Origin: Octopus sinensis
Taxonomy: Eukaryota
Length of the DNA: 64,000 nucleotides
Direction: 5' to 3'
NCBI RefSeq assembly: GCF_006345805.1
Contig: NC_042997.1
Coordinates: forward strand, 135,904,001 to 135,968,000
Part shown: in pieces, positions 26,301 through 38,580 of the stretch
Numbering within the stretch: the first letter of the stretch is position 1
Layout of the letters: every line of letters begins with the position of its first letter
Program-made: the position numbers and the translations under genes
The notes under the pieces: generated by a model
What the model was told of the DNA's origin: nothing
Seen by the model: only the letters and a program-made list of their open reading frames with translations
Database searches by the model: none

Positions 26301-27433
26301 CTATAAAATAACCACCATAGGACTGCAAAAATATCTACTTCAAAAGGAAGGAAAACTGATCCAGATAGCAGCAAAACACGAGCAAAACAAAAAACTGTTC
26401 TCAGTATTTAAGGAAGCTGACAAATACAAACAAGAAATCATACCACCTAATAAACATGAAGAAGAAGAAGAAGAAGAAGAAGAAGATGAAAAAACAACAA
26501 AAACTATAAAACAAATGAAATCTAAACTAAAAATAGAACAGCAACGAACCATGATAAAACGATGGCAAGAAAAGCCCCTTCATGGTAAATACTGCACTAA
26601 ACTAAACGCAAAAGAAATAGACAAAGAAAAATCCCAGCAATGGTTGAGAAGCTCAGGACTCAAAGCAGAAACAGAGGGATTCTTAATTGCAGCACAAGAC
26701 CAAAGCCTCCCCACCAGAAATTACCAAAAACATGTAATGAAAAGAAATATTACAAGTAATTGTAGAATATGTGGAGATGGACAAGAAACAATAAATCATA
26801 TTATCTCTAGCTGCCCAGTCCTGGCTAAGAAGGAATATATTCACAGACATGACAGAGTTGGAACCTACATACGTTGGAAGCTATGCCAACATTATGGAAT
26901 AACAACAGAAAAAAGATGGTATAGGCACACACCAGAAAAGGTCACAGAAAACGAGAAAGCAACCATACTCTGGGATATGCCGATACACACAGATAGAGAA
27001 ATTAAGGCCAACAGACCAGATATAGTTGTCAGAGATCATGAAGAAAAAAAATGCTTTCTAATTGATGTATCAATACCGGCAGATGACAACGTGTCTCTAA
27101 AAGAAATGGAGAAACTCCCAAAATACAAAGACCTGGAAATAGAGGTAACTAGAATGTGGAATCTGAAAACAGAAACAATTCCTATCATAGTAGGTGCATT
27201 AGGCATGATAAAAAAATATTCAGACAAATACATAACAAAAACACCAGGACTTACAAACACATATAACATACAGAAAATTGCACTACTAGGCACTGCACAC
27301 ATCCTACGCAGAACACTTTCCATACAATAACCATCAGAGCATCACAACAAATCACAGCACATACCCAAGGCACACAGAGCTGCGCTCGGTAGTGAAGTGA
27401 AAGCACGCTATAAAAATAAAAATAAAACTACTG
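23360..27433 (+). mobile_element. Near full-length R4/Dong-like RLE retrotransposon (family B), disabled by frameshifts/stops
   Basis: 5' tandem monomers; KRRKWTREEY N-terminus; RT (NYRPITCL, AWIDYKKAFDS, GIFQGDTLSPLLF, YMDDLKLY, YKYLG); CRIC..HIISSC; RLE (RPDIV, IDVSIP, KY); stops at 24615 and 26161 plus frameshifts; flanked by (AAT)n. Confidence 0.95.
23365..23473 (+). repeat. Four tandem 28-bp monomers (GAAAGAACACCGGGGGACGTTTAAGGAA) at the 5' end of the Dong-like element
   Basis: CAC(C/G)GGGGG at 23371, 23399, 23427, 23455. Confidence 0.95.
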
Positions 27434-27455
27434 AATAATAATAATAATAATAATA

Positions 27456-27527
<72 letters not shown>

Positions 27528-27532
27528 TAATA

Positions 27533-27608
27533 ATTACACTTAATAAGAGTAATGATTCCGATATAGCATATAAGAATCTACTTTAGTGGTCATTCCTCTT
27601 ATTAATTG

Positions 27609-27612
<4 letters not shown>
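27533..27612. repeat. 80-bp direct repeat, second copy 35851-35930
   Basis: ATTACACTTAATAAGAG..CCTCTTATTAATTGTAAT, 2 mismatches, both followed by (TA)n. Confidence 0.9.
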
Positions 27613-27675
<63 letters not shown>

Positions 27676-27679
<4 letters not shown>

Positions 27680-27958
27680 GTAACTAGAATGTGGAATCTG
27701 AAAACAGAAACAATTCCTATCATAGTAGGTGCATTAGGCATGATACAAAAATATCAGAGACAAATACATAACAAAAACACCAGGCTTACAAACACATATA
27801 ACATACAGAAAATTGCACTACTAGGCACTGCACACATCCTACGCAGACACTTTCCATACAATAACCATCAGAGCATCACAACAAATCACAGCACATACCC
27901 AAGGCACACAGAGCTGTGCTCGGTAGTGAAGTGAAAGCATGCTATAAAAATAAAACTA

Positions 27959-27961
<3 letters not shown>
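27676..27961 (+). mobile_element. Short 5'-truncated copy of family-B 3' end
   Basis: Near-identical to ~27140-27433; joined to (GA)n at AGAGGTAAC; followed by (AAT)n. Confidence 0.93.
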
Positions 27962-28053
<92 letters not shown>

Positions 28054-28054
28054 T

Positions 28055-28190
28055 GTGGCCAGCAAGTTTAACCTATATAGGTAAAATATACAAACGAATA
28101 AAGTAGGATACATTTCTAGCAAGTGGTATTCTGATACCCTACTTTATTTATTTGTATACTTTACCTATACAGATTAAATTTGCAGGCCAC
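28055..28190. mobile_element. 136-bp hairpin/MITE-like element with ~55-bp imperfect inverted arms
   Basis: GTGGCC(A/T)GCAA(G/A)TTTAA..TATAGGTAAA.TATACAAA..AATAAAGTAGG on opposite strands. Confidence 0.7.
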
Positions 28191-28447
28191 TTTTCAATTA
28201 TATATAATTATATATTTTAATGTATATATTTTTGGCTGTGCTGTCTTACACATTCGCGTGCCTTCTTCCAAAAATGTAATGCTCTTAGCTTAGTTTTTTA
28301 AGGCCTACAAATTTTGAATAGTCTCAAGTGAAACAGACCCAAATGGAAATGATATTGGAAGTTTGACTGATGAAATTGTTTTTCCTGCCTGTCTTTGTAT
28401 CGTCTATCTCTCCATGTGTCTTTCTTGTCCGTTACGTTCATATTCCG

Positions 28448-28510
<63 letters not shown>

Positions 28511-28764
28511 ACATATATATATATATATATAATTGAATTTTTATTTTTGGGAAACATTTTGAATTTGCAAATAAAGTTCTTATTCCATTATTCCTGCTAC
28601 AGTCTAATTGGTGAGCCAGCTTTTTGAAGCTGCACCGAGCTGTACCGGTATCATGTAGAATAAATATAGTAATAATAACAATATTCATTTGATGGAATTT
28701 ACACACACACACACACACACACACAAACATATATATATATATATATATATATATGCATATATAT

Positions 28765-28831
<67 letters not shown>

Positions 28832-28917
28832 TATTCGAGACAAAACCACTATTTTGCAAAACAAACAAGGAAAGACTTAATCAATACATAAAATTTTAAT
28901 AATAGTCAAGAAAACCG

Positions 28918-28960
28918 CCACTACAATCGTTTCTTGTCTTGATCGACAATCTTCAGGTGG
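28918..28960 (-). ncRNA. Minimal type-I hammerhead ribozyme candidate (family H3, left copy)
   Basis: Exact reverse complement of 35264-35306. Confidence 0.65.
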
Positions 28961-31900
28961 ACTTCCAATCTAAAAAATCAATATTTTAAAATATAAAAAT
29001 AATAATTTTAAAATAATTAAAGTATGAATGAAAAAATATAAGTATATAATCCATATATAACCTATCTATAATCCATATATAATCAATATATAAACAATAT
29101 ATAAACTAAAAAAACTATCAACAATTAAATATAAAATATAAAATATAAAATATAAAATATAAAATATAATATATAAAACAAAACAAAAAAAATAATAATA
29201 ATATAATAATAAACTATATATACACCCATACGCATATACCTAATTATATATAACCATATCTAACTACATACACTAAATCACACACCTATATATATATCCC
29301 TATACATACACATAAAAATGTCTAACTATAAATAAATAAAATAGCTAAATACTTCAACACAATACTTATTCATACTCCCACACACACACACATACAACCC
29401 ACATTCACGCTCTAGAAAACGGACATCACTCAAAACTATAAACGGAGAAATGGAATAAATGGAATTAAAAATTATATTCACTTGGTAAAACGAACACTAC
29501 TTAAAAATTATGAATGAAACAATGCAATAAAACAACAGACATCGCAAATAGACACAAATTACTACAAATTCCTTATCAAACCTACCATGATAACCAAAAC
29601 TCATAAAAACATATAATGATAAAATCTCCCTTTACTAAACTCTATAACAAACCTATATAGCAATCCCCCTAACCTAAACATTCACACACAAATACACACA
29701 CGTAAACCACACACCCACGACATATACAAATACCCACACCACTTACACATACCAATACATACTTATAAACCTCAACATATACTCCAAAAACCCACTCAAC
29801 CCCACACAGACAAATAAACGCAAAAATTATGAATGGATTCTTTTATAAAACTACCATGATAAGCTAAAACTCACAAAACAGAAATGATAAAACCTCCCTT
29901 TACTAAACACTAAAACATACTTATATAGCAATTCCTTTAACCTATACATTCACACACAAAACCACTCGTAAACCACACACCCATAACAAATACAAACTCC
30001 CACCCCACTCACACACACCCACAAGTACATATAAGCCTCAACATATACACCAAACAAAATTACTTTACCAAGGAACTTAACATATATATAAAAAGTATAA
30101 CCGCTCTGGAAACGAACATCTCTAAATTAATGAATGGAGAAATGGAATAAATGGAATTAAAAATAAAATTCACGTGGCAAAACGAACACCACTCAAAAAT
30201 TATGAATGAAACAATATAATAAAACAACCAACATCGAAAATAGACAAATTACTACGAATTCCCTAAAAAAAACCATGATAAACCAAAACTCTTAAAAAAA
30301 ATATAACGATAAAATCTCCCTTTGCTAAACTCTATAACAAACCTATATAGTAATCCCCCTAACCTAAACATTCACACACAAACACACACGTAAACCACAG
30401 ACCCACGACTTATACACATACCTAAACTAACTTATAAACCTCCATATACACCAAAACCCACTCCCTCCCACACAGACAAATTAACTCATACATCCCAAAA
30501 CCTAAATAACAAACCATATACACATTCACACACAAACACACACACACGCAAAACACACACACACAACAGATACATATACTCCCTCACATATACGCATATA
30601 CATACTCACTAAACTCAATATATACAACAATATTTACACACCCACACTCATACAGATAAATAAATTATACAACTAAAAACTCGCACACAATCTCATATAC
30701 ATAAACACTCCTATGAAAACAACATTAAATACATCGTAATTAACCAGAATATCAAAAATAACAATATGACATAAAGGTAAATAAAATACATACTTACAAT
30801 TCAGTGTCAAATTATGAAGTGAAATTAAATTCTTAGCCGTTAAAAAATCAAACCAAAATTACGTTACCATAGAAATAACTTATGTAAAAAAAGACTAACA
30901 AACAACTTGCAGTAACCCAAACCCATTCTCTATGCCTACCTCACTACTACACTATTCCATTCACAATTCCAAACAACGCTAGTCCACCTCCGGTTATTCA
31001 CGTGGCAAAACGAACACCACTCAAAAATTATGAATGAAACAATGTAATAAAACAACCAACATCGAAAATAGACAAATTACCACGAATTCCCTAAAAAAAA
31101 AACCATGATAAACCAAAACTCCTAAAAACATATAACGATAAAATCTCCCTTTGCTAAACTCTATAACAAACCTATATAGCAATCTCCCTAACCTAAACAT
31201 TCACACACAAAAACACACTCGTAAACCACAGACCCACGACTTATACACATACCTATACTAACTTATAAACCTCAATATACACCAAAACCCACTCCCTCCC
31301 ATACAGACAAATTAACACATACATCCCAAAACCTAAATAACAAACCCATATACACATTCACACACAAACACACACACACGCAAAACACACACACAATCTC
31401 ATATACATAAACACACCTATGAAAACAACATTAAATACATCGTAATTAACCAGAATATCAAAAATAACAATATGACATAAGGATAAATAAAATACATACT
31501 TACAATTCAGTGTCAAATTATGAAGTGAAATTAAATTCTTAGCCGTTAAAAAAATCAAACCAAAATTACGTTACCATAGAAATAACTTATGTAAAAAAAG
31601 AATACGCGCCATGGAAAGTAAACGTCATTTAAATTATGAATGGAGAAATAGAAAAATGGAACTAAAAACTATATCCACGTGGCAAACCAACACTACTCAA
31701 AAAAATTTATTATGAATGGATTCTTTAAAAAACTACCATGAAAAATCATTATATACATCTATGAGCTTTAGCTCACCTTAGCAGCTCTAACAAAGAACTT
31801 GCAGTAACCCAAACCCATTCTCTATACCTACCTCACTACTACACTATTCCATTCACAATTCCAAGCAACGCTAGTCCACCACCCGGTTATTCACGTGGCA

Positions 31901-34900
31901 AAACGAACACCACTCAAAAATTATGAATGAAACAATGTAATAAAACAACCAACATCGAAAATAGACAAATTACCACGAATTCCCTAAAATAACCATGATA
32001 AACCAAAACTCATAAAAACATATAACGATAAAATCTCCCTTTGCTAAACTCTATAATAAACCTATATAGTAATCCCCCTAAACCTAAACATTCACACACA
32101 AATACACACTCGTAAACCACAGACCCACGACTTATACACATACCTATCCTAATTTATAAACCTCAATATACACCAAAACCCACTCCCTCCCCACACAGAC
32201 AAATTAACACAAACATCCCAAAACATAAATAACAAACCCATATACACATTCACACACAAAACACACACACACACAAAAACACACACACACAACAGATACA
32301 TATACTCCCTCACATATACTCATATATATACTCACTAAACTCGATATATACAACAATATTTACACACCCACACTCATACAGATAAATAAAATATACAACT
32401 AAAAACTCACACACAATCTCATATACATAAACACTCCTATGAAAACAACATTAAATACATCGTAATTAACCAGAATATCAAAATAACAATATGACATAAG
32501 GATAAATAAAATACATACTACAAGTCAATTTCAAATAATGAAGTGAAATTAAATTTTTAACGGCTAAGAATTTAATTTCACTTCATAATTTGACACTGAA
32601 TTGTAAGTATGTATTTTATTTATCCTTATGTCATATTGTTATTTTTGATATTCTGGTTAATTACGATGTATTTAATGTTGTTTTCATAGGTGTGTTTATG
32701 TATATGAGATTGTGTGCGAGTTTTTAGTTGTATAATTTATTTATCTGTATGAGTGTGGGTGTGTAAATATTGTTGTATATATCGAGTTTAGTGAGTATGT
32801 ATATGCGTATATGTGAGGGAGTATATGTATCTGTTGTGTGTGTGTGTTTTGCGTGTGTGTGTGTTTGTGTGTGAATGTGTATATGGGTTTGTTATTTAGG
32901 TTTTGGGATGTATGTGTTAATTGTCTGTATGGGAGGGAGTGGGTTTTGGTGTATATTGAGGTTATAAGTTAGTATAGGTATGTGTATAAGTCGTGGGTCT
33001 GTGGTTTACGAGTGTGTTTTTGTGTGTGAATGTTTAGGTTAGGGAGATTGCTATATAGGTTGTTATAGAGTTTAGCAAAGGGAGATTTATCGTTATATGT
33101 TTTTGGAGTTTTGGTTTATCATGGTTTTTTTAGGGAATTCGTGGTAATTTGTCTATTTTCGATGTTGGTTGTTTTATTACATTGTTTCATTCATAATTTT
33201 GAGTGGTGTTCGTTTTGCCACGTGAATAACCGGGAGGTGGACTAGCGTTGTTTGGAATTGTGAATGGAATAGTGTAGTAGTGAGGTAGGCATAGAGAATG
33301 GGTTTGGGTTACTGCAAGTTGTTTGTTAGTCTTTTTTTACATAAGTTATTTCTATGGTAACGTAATTTTGGTTTGATTTTTTAACGGCTAAGAATTTAAT
33401 TTCACTTCATAATTTGACACTGAATTGTAAGTATGTATTTTATTTACCTTTATGTCATATTGTTATTTTTGATATTCTGGTTAATTACGATGTATTTAAT
33501 GTTGTTTTCATAGGAGTGTTTATGTATATGAGATTGTGTGCGAGTTTTTAGTTGTATAATTTATTTATCTGTATGAGTGTGGGTGTGTAAATATTGTTGT
33601 ATATATTGAGTTTAGTGAGTATGTATATGCGTATATGTGAGGGAGTATATGTATCTGTTGTGTGTGTGTGTTTTGTGTGTGTGTGTGTGTTTGTGTGTGA
33701 ATGTGTATATGGGTTTGTTATTTAGGTTTTGGGATGTATGAGTTAATTTGTCTGTGTGGGAGGGAGTGGGTTTTGGTGTATATGGAGGTTTATAAGTTAG
33801 TTTAGGTATGTGTATAAGTCGTGGGTCTGTGGTTTACGTGTGTGTTTGTGTGTGAATGTTTAGGTTAGGGGGATTACTATATAGGTTTGTTATAGAGTTT
33901 AGCAAAGGGAGATTTTATCGTTATGTTTTTTAAGAGTTTGGTTTATCATGGTTTTTTTAGGGAATTCGTAGTAATTTGTCTATTTTCGATGTTGGTTGTT
34001 TTTTATATTGTTTCATTCATAATTTGAGTTGAGTGTTTTCGTTTGCCACGTGAATTTTATTTTTAATTCCATTTATTCCATTTCTCCATTCATTAATTTA
34101 GAGATGTTCGTTTCCAGAGCGGTTATACTTTTTATATATATGTTAAGTTCCTTGGTAAAGTAATTTTGTTTGGTGTATATGTTGAGGCTTATATGTACTT
34201 GTGGGTGTGTTGGAGTGGGGTGGGAGTTTGTATTTGTTATGGGTGTGTTTACGAGTGGTTTTGTGTGTGAATGTATAGGTTAAAGGAATTGCTATATAAG
34301 TATGTTTTAGTGTTTAGTAAAGGGAGGTTTTATCATTTCTGTTTGTGAGTTTTAGCTTATCATGGTAGTTTTTATAAAAGAATCCATTCATATTTTTGTG
34401 TTTATTGTCTGTGTGGGGTTGAGTGGGTTTTGGAGTATATGTTGAGGTTTATATGTATGTATTGGTATGTGTAAGTGGTGTGGGTATTTGTATATGTTGT
34501 GGGTGTGTGGTTTACGTGTGTGTATTTGTGTGTGAATGTTTAGGTTAGGGGGATTGCTATATAGGTTTGTTATAGAGTTTAGTAAAGGGAGATTTTATCA
34601 TTATATGTTTTTATGAGTTTTGGTTATCATGGTAGGTTTGATAAGGAATTTGTAGTAATTTGTGTCTATTTGCGACGACTGTTGTTTTATTGCATTGTTT
34701 CATTCATAATTTTTAAGTAGTGTTCGTTTTACCAAGTGAATATAATTTTTAATTCCATTTATTCCATTTCTCCGTTTATAGTTTTGAGTGATGTCCGTTT
34801 TCTAGAGCGTGAATGTGGGTTGTATGTGTGTGTGTGTGGGAGTATGAATAAGTATTGTGTTGAAGTATTTAGCTATTTTATTTATTTATAGTTAGACATT

Positions 34901-35263
34901 TTTATGTGTATGTATAGGGATATATATATAGGTGTGTGATTTAGTGTATGTAGTTAGATATGGTTATATATAATTAGGTATATGCGTATGGGTGTATATA
35001 TAGTTTATTATTATATTATTATTATTTTTTTTGTTTTGTTTTATATATTATATTTTATATTTTATATTTTATATTTTATATTTTATATTTTATATTTAAT
35101 TGTTGATAGTTTTTTTAGTTTATATATTGTTTATATATTGATTATATATGGATTATAGATAGGTTATATATGGATTATATACTTATATTTTTTCATTCAT
35201 ACTTTAATTATTTTAAAATTATTATTTTTATATTTTAAAATATTGATTTTTTAGATTGGAAGT

Positions 35264-35306
35264 CCACCTGAAGATTGTCGATCAAGACAAGAAACGATTG
35301 TAGTGG
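35264..35306 (+). ncRNA. Minimal type-I hammerhead ribozyme candidate (family H3, right copy), predicted cleavage after GUA 35302
   Basis: CCAC-CUGAAGA-UUGUC-GAUCAA-GACAA-GAAAC-GAUU-GUA-GUGG: full core, 4-bp stem I, 5-bp stem II, 2-bp stem III. Confidence 0.65.
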
Positions 35307-35482
35307 CGGTTTTCTTGACTATTTATTAAAATTTTATGTATTGATTAAGTCTTTCCTTGTTTGTTTTGCAAAATAGTGGTTTTGTCTCGAATAATATTTT
35401 ATAATATTTTACTATAATATCGATTTAATCCTAAATCTGATTTTTTTTCCCTGTAAATTTGGATTTATTCCCTAATATTTAT

Positions 35483-35537
<55 letters not shown>

Positions 35538-35630
35538 CAACAATTGAGGGTAAAATTAATTAATTATTAATCAATTTCACCAAGTATTCATTATGCAAAG
35601 GGACCATTTAAGGCGAATTCAAATTATTGC

Positions 35631-35723
35631 ATTATATAAAAGGGCTTAGTAAAATAAATTACTTTGCCGCATACTGAAATGAGTTCAGTATGCGGCAAAG
35701 TAATTTATTTTACTAAGCCCTTT

Positions 35724-35731
<8 letters not shown>
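35631..35731. repeat. Perfect 48-bp inverted repeat with 5-nt spacer (minimal MITE-like hairpin)
   Basis: ATTATATAAAAGGGCTTAGTAAAATAAATTACTTTGCCGCATACTGAA-ATGAG-exact reverse complement. Confidence 0.95.
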
Positions 35732-35758
<27 letters not shown>

Positions 35759-35926
35759 ACTTAAATAATGAGGGTAGAAATTGATATCAATCAATTAACA
35801 TCAATTTAGGTCTAGCATATTAAAAAGAAATCCGAAGATTTAAAAATTATATTACACTTAATAAGAGTAATGATTCCGATATAGCATATAAGAATCCACT
35901 TTAGTGGCCATTCCTCTTATTAATTG

Positions 35927-35976
<50 letters not shown>

Positions 35977-36365
35977 TATATATATAATTTACAAGATAAG
36001 GGCAGAAGAAAAATTCTAATGCCAGATACGCCGAAACAAAAAAATTGTCGATAACCATTAAATTTATGCGTCTCGAAACAAACCGATAGAAATCTCTAAA
36101 AAATTCGTTATTACCGTATTGGTCCAATTTCGGGGTTAATTCACAAGAAATTTTCCCCACTTCAGCGGCACATACGCGAGATATAAATGAAATACTTATT
36201 CATACCCATGAAAAAGCAAGCACCAAGTCCCGAGCAGACTTAAGTACCCCAAATATATCCAAAATCGAAAAATCTTCGGCGCACCTCGAGACACGTGTGA
36301 TTCGAACTAGAAACCTTCAGAGATTCATAGAATCCGGAAGTTGAACACTAATCTAATTATAAAAT

Positions 36366-36403
<38 letters not shown>

Positions 36404-36424
36404 TACATACATATATAATATTAC

Positions 36425-36770
36425 ATAAAAATACAAAATGGGACAAGAACACGAAACATCCAGTCAGTTAGGTGGTACAAAAAAAGGACAATAAAACATC
36501 CAGATAGACGAAACAAAGAAACAAGGACGAGTCATTCGGACTTTTCTTTCCTCAGTCGACTTCCAGATTATCTTTGCAATTTCGGCTGGTTATACTCGAG
36601 ATTGCACCAATCTGGCCAGCCCCAAGGTAAAGCTAAGCTGAGAGCGTTAGGTTCCTTAGAAGAAAGCAGCGAATATATACGAAAACAAGGACAACAAATG
36701 CGAGAATGTTACACAAATACGAATAAGAGGACATAACAACAGTTGTCGGACAAAATAATGGAAACACCTA
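36425..36770 (-). mobile_element. TA-adjacent element end with degenerate hammerhead-like core (possible family H4)
   Basis: Minus strand 36560-36525: GUCGA-CUGAGGA-A-AGA-AAAG-UCC-GAAUGAC-UCG, ~100 nt from TA-flanked end. Confidence 0.3.
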
Positions 36771-36929
36771 GCAACATAGCATCATAATTTTGGAGTATCT
36801 ATAAAACCGTCAAAAGCTTGTTTATTTTTATGTCTTTTCATTTATTATTAGTGTTGCCTTATATGTTTTGCTAAAATTACTGTTTCTTTTCAGATATCAG
36901 AAAAAGGTATTTAAAATGCATTAAAATTA

Positions 36930-37445
36930 CAGATCTATCGGACTTTCAGAAAGGTCAAATTATTGGTGCTCGTAAAGCAGGTGCTAGCGTAACGAAACAC
37001 CCGAAATGTTCGGTATATAAAGAAGTATTGTCTCGAAAGTAATGACAGCCTTTGAGAAAGAGGGAAAAACCTCCTCGTCAAAACAAAATTCTGGAAGAAA
37101 ACAAAAACTTTCAGATAGGATCAGTCGGACTCTTACGCAAATTGTTAGAAAGGACCATAAAAAGTGTAGCTCCCAAAATTTCTGCAGAGATTAACGACCG
37201 CCTTGAGAACCCAGTTTCCACAAAATCTGTTCGCTGGGAGCTGCACAAAGCCGGATTTCACGGGAGGGCTGCAATCAGAAAAACCACTACTTTTAAAACC
37301 AAACGTTGCAAAGCGTTTAGAGTGGAGTAAAAACCTACAGAATAGGTCCCCAGAGCAGTGGAAGAGTATTATTTTCTCGGACGAGTCATCCGTTACCTTA
37401 TTTCCAAACACCAGCCAAGTATGTGTGTTGAGACAGCCAAAACAC
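36930..37445 (+). mobile_element. Tc1-like transposase 5' remnant (HTH + first catalytic D)
   Basis: DLSDFQKGQIIGARKAG, SGRKQKLSDR, ELHKAGFHGRAAIRK, KRLEW, WKSIIFSDES across frameshifts. Confidence 0.88.
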
Positions 37446-38210
37446 ATCCTCTAAACACATCTGATTTCTGTTCGTACACTCAAAGGAAAATGAAATTATT
37501 AATCTGAATATTATTTTCGACATATATACACATATTACCACTAATCATTTTGCCCGGCATGCTAACGATTCTGCCAGCTCACCGTCTTACACTTCTCTGG
37601 TATTAAAAACAAAAAATAAAACAAACACAGATTTTAAAGTTATCATTTTCTTTATAGATATGGCTTCATAATGATCTCAAACATATATCAGCTTCCATTT
37701 AGTTCTAACATAAACACATATCGAGTACTCTTACACTGTTGAATGCTTCACATTATTTTTAATTGTTTATTGTAAATTCATTTCATGGCTTCATATAGTG
37801 ACGTGAATATTAACAATATTTGGCTTAAATATCTTTCACTAAGAAACCTATCGATAGTGGTATGTTATTGAATATTTTAAATACACGTGTTTATAATTAG
37901 TTCGCAGAAAGTCTTAAATGCAAAACATCAATTTTATGCTAAATTCGCCCACAGAAAGTGGAAATATGTAATTAATTTAACAATATCACGAAATGGTTTC
38001 TTGAATATGATGACATTGCTGTGATGTTTCATTTTGTATACATTAATAATTAATCTGTTGTAATCTTTTAGTGGTCCCTTTATAATACACATAATCTAAA
38101 ACTGTCACGATTTAAATATCCTTCAAAAATGCATTTTGTCTTTCACCATCATTTTCTTGGAATAGACAGATAGACAAGTATAAAGAACATAAAAATAATA
38201 TATATACATA

Positions 38211-38256
<46 letters not shown>

Positions 38257-38346
38257 CAAATATATGTATATATATATATATACATACATACAAATATATG
38301 CATTTATATATATACATGCACAGACACACATGCACACGCATATATA

Positions 38347-38405
<59 letters not shown>

Positions 38406-38540
38406 CACATGCATGCATATATATGTATAACTATAACACACAGAAGTGGGGATATGAAGCACCCAGACTGAGGAAGTCAGAAAGACTATGGTGGTGCTCC
38501 AGCATGACCACGGCCGCATGTCTGAAACGAGTAAAAGAGT

Positions 38541-38580
<40 letters not shown>

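Larger units (their letters stand above)
28822..35403. mobile_element. 6.6-kb non-coding palindromic (foldback) element, family H3, with nested sub-repeats and terminal hammerhead motifs
   Basis: Left arm 28822-~32555, right arm ~32556-35403; termini TATAAAATATTATTCGAGAC / GTCTCGAATAATATTTTATA; centre at TTAAATT/TTTAACGGCTAAG. Confidence 0.93.

Noticed and set aside
28985-35250. Palindrome as a NUMT/mitochondrial control region or telomeric array
   Set aside because: Strand skew is mtDNA-like, but no mitochondrial gene or tRNA was recognisable, and TTAGGG occurs only as isolated copies
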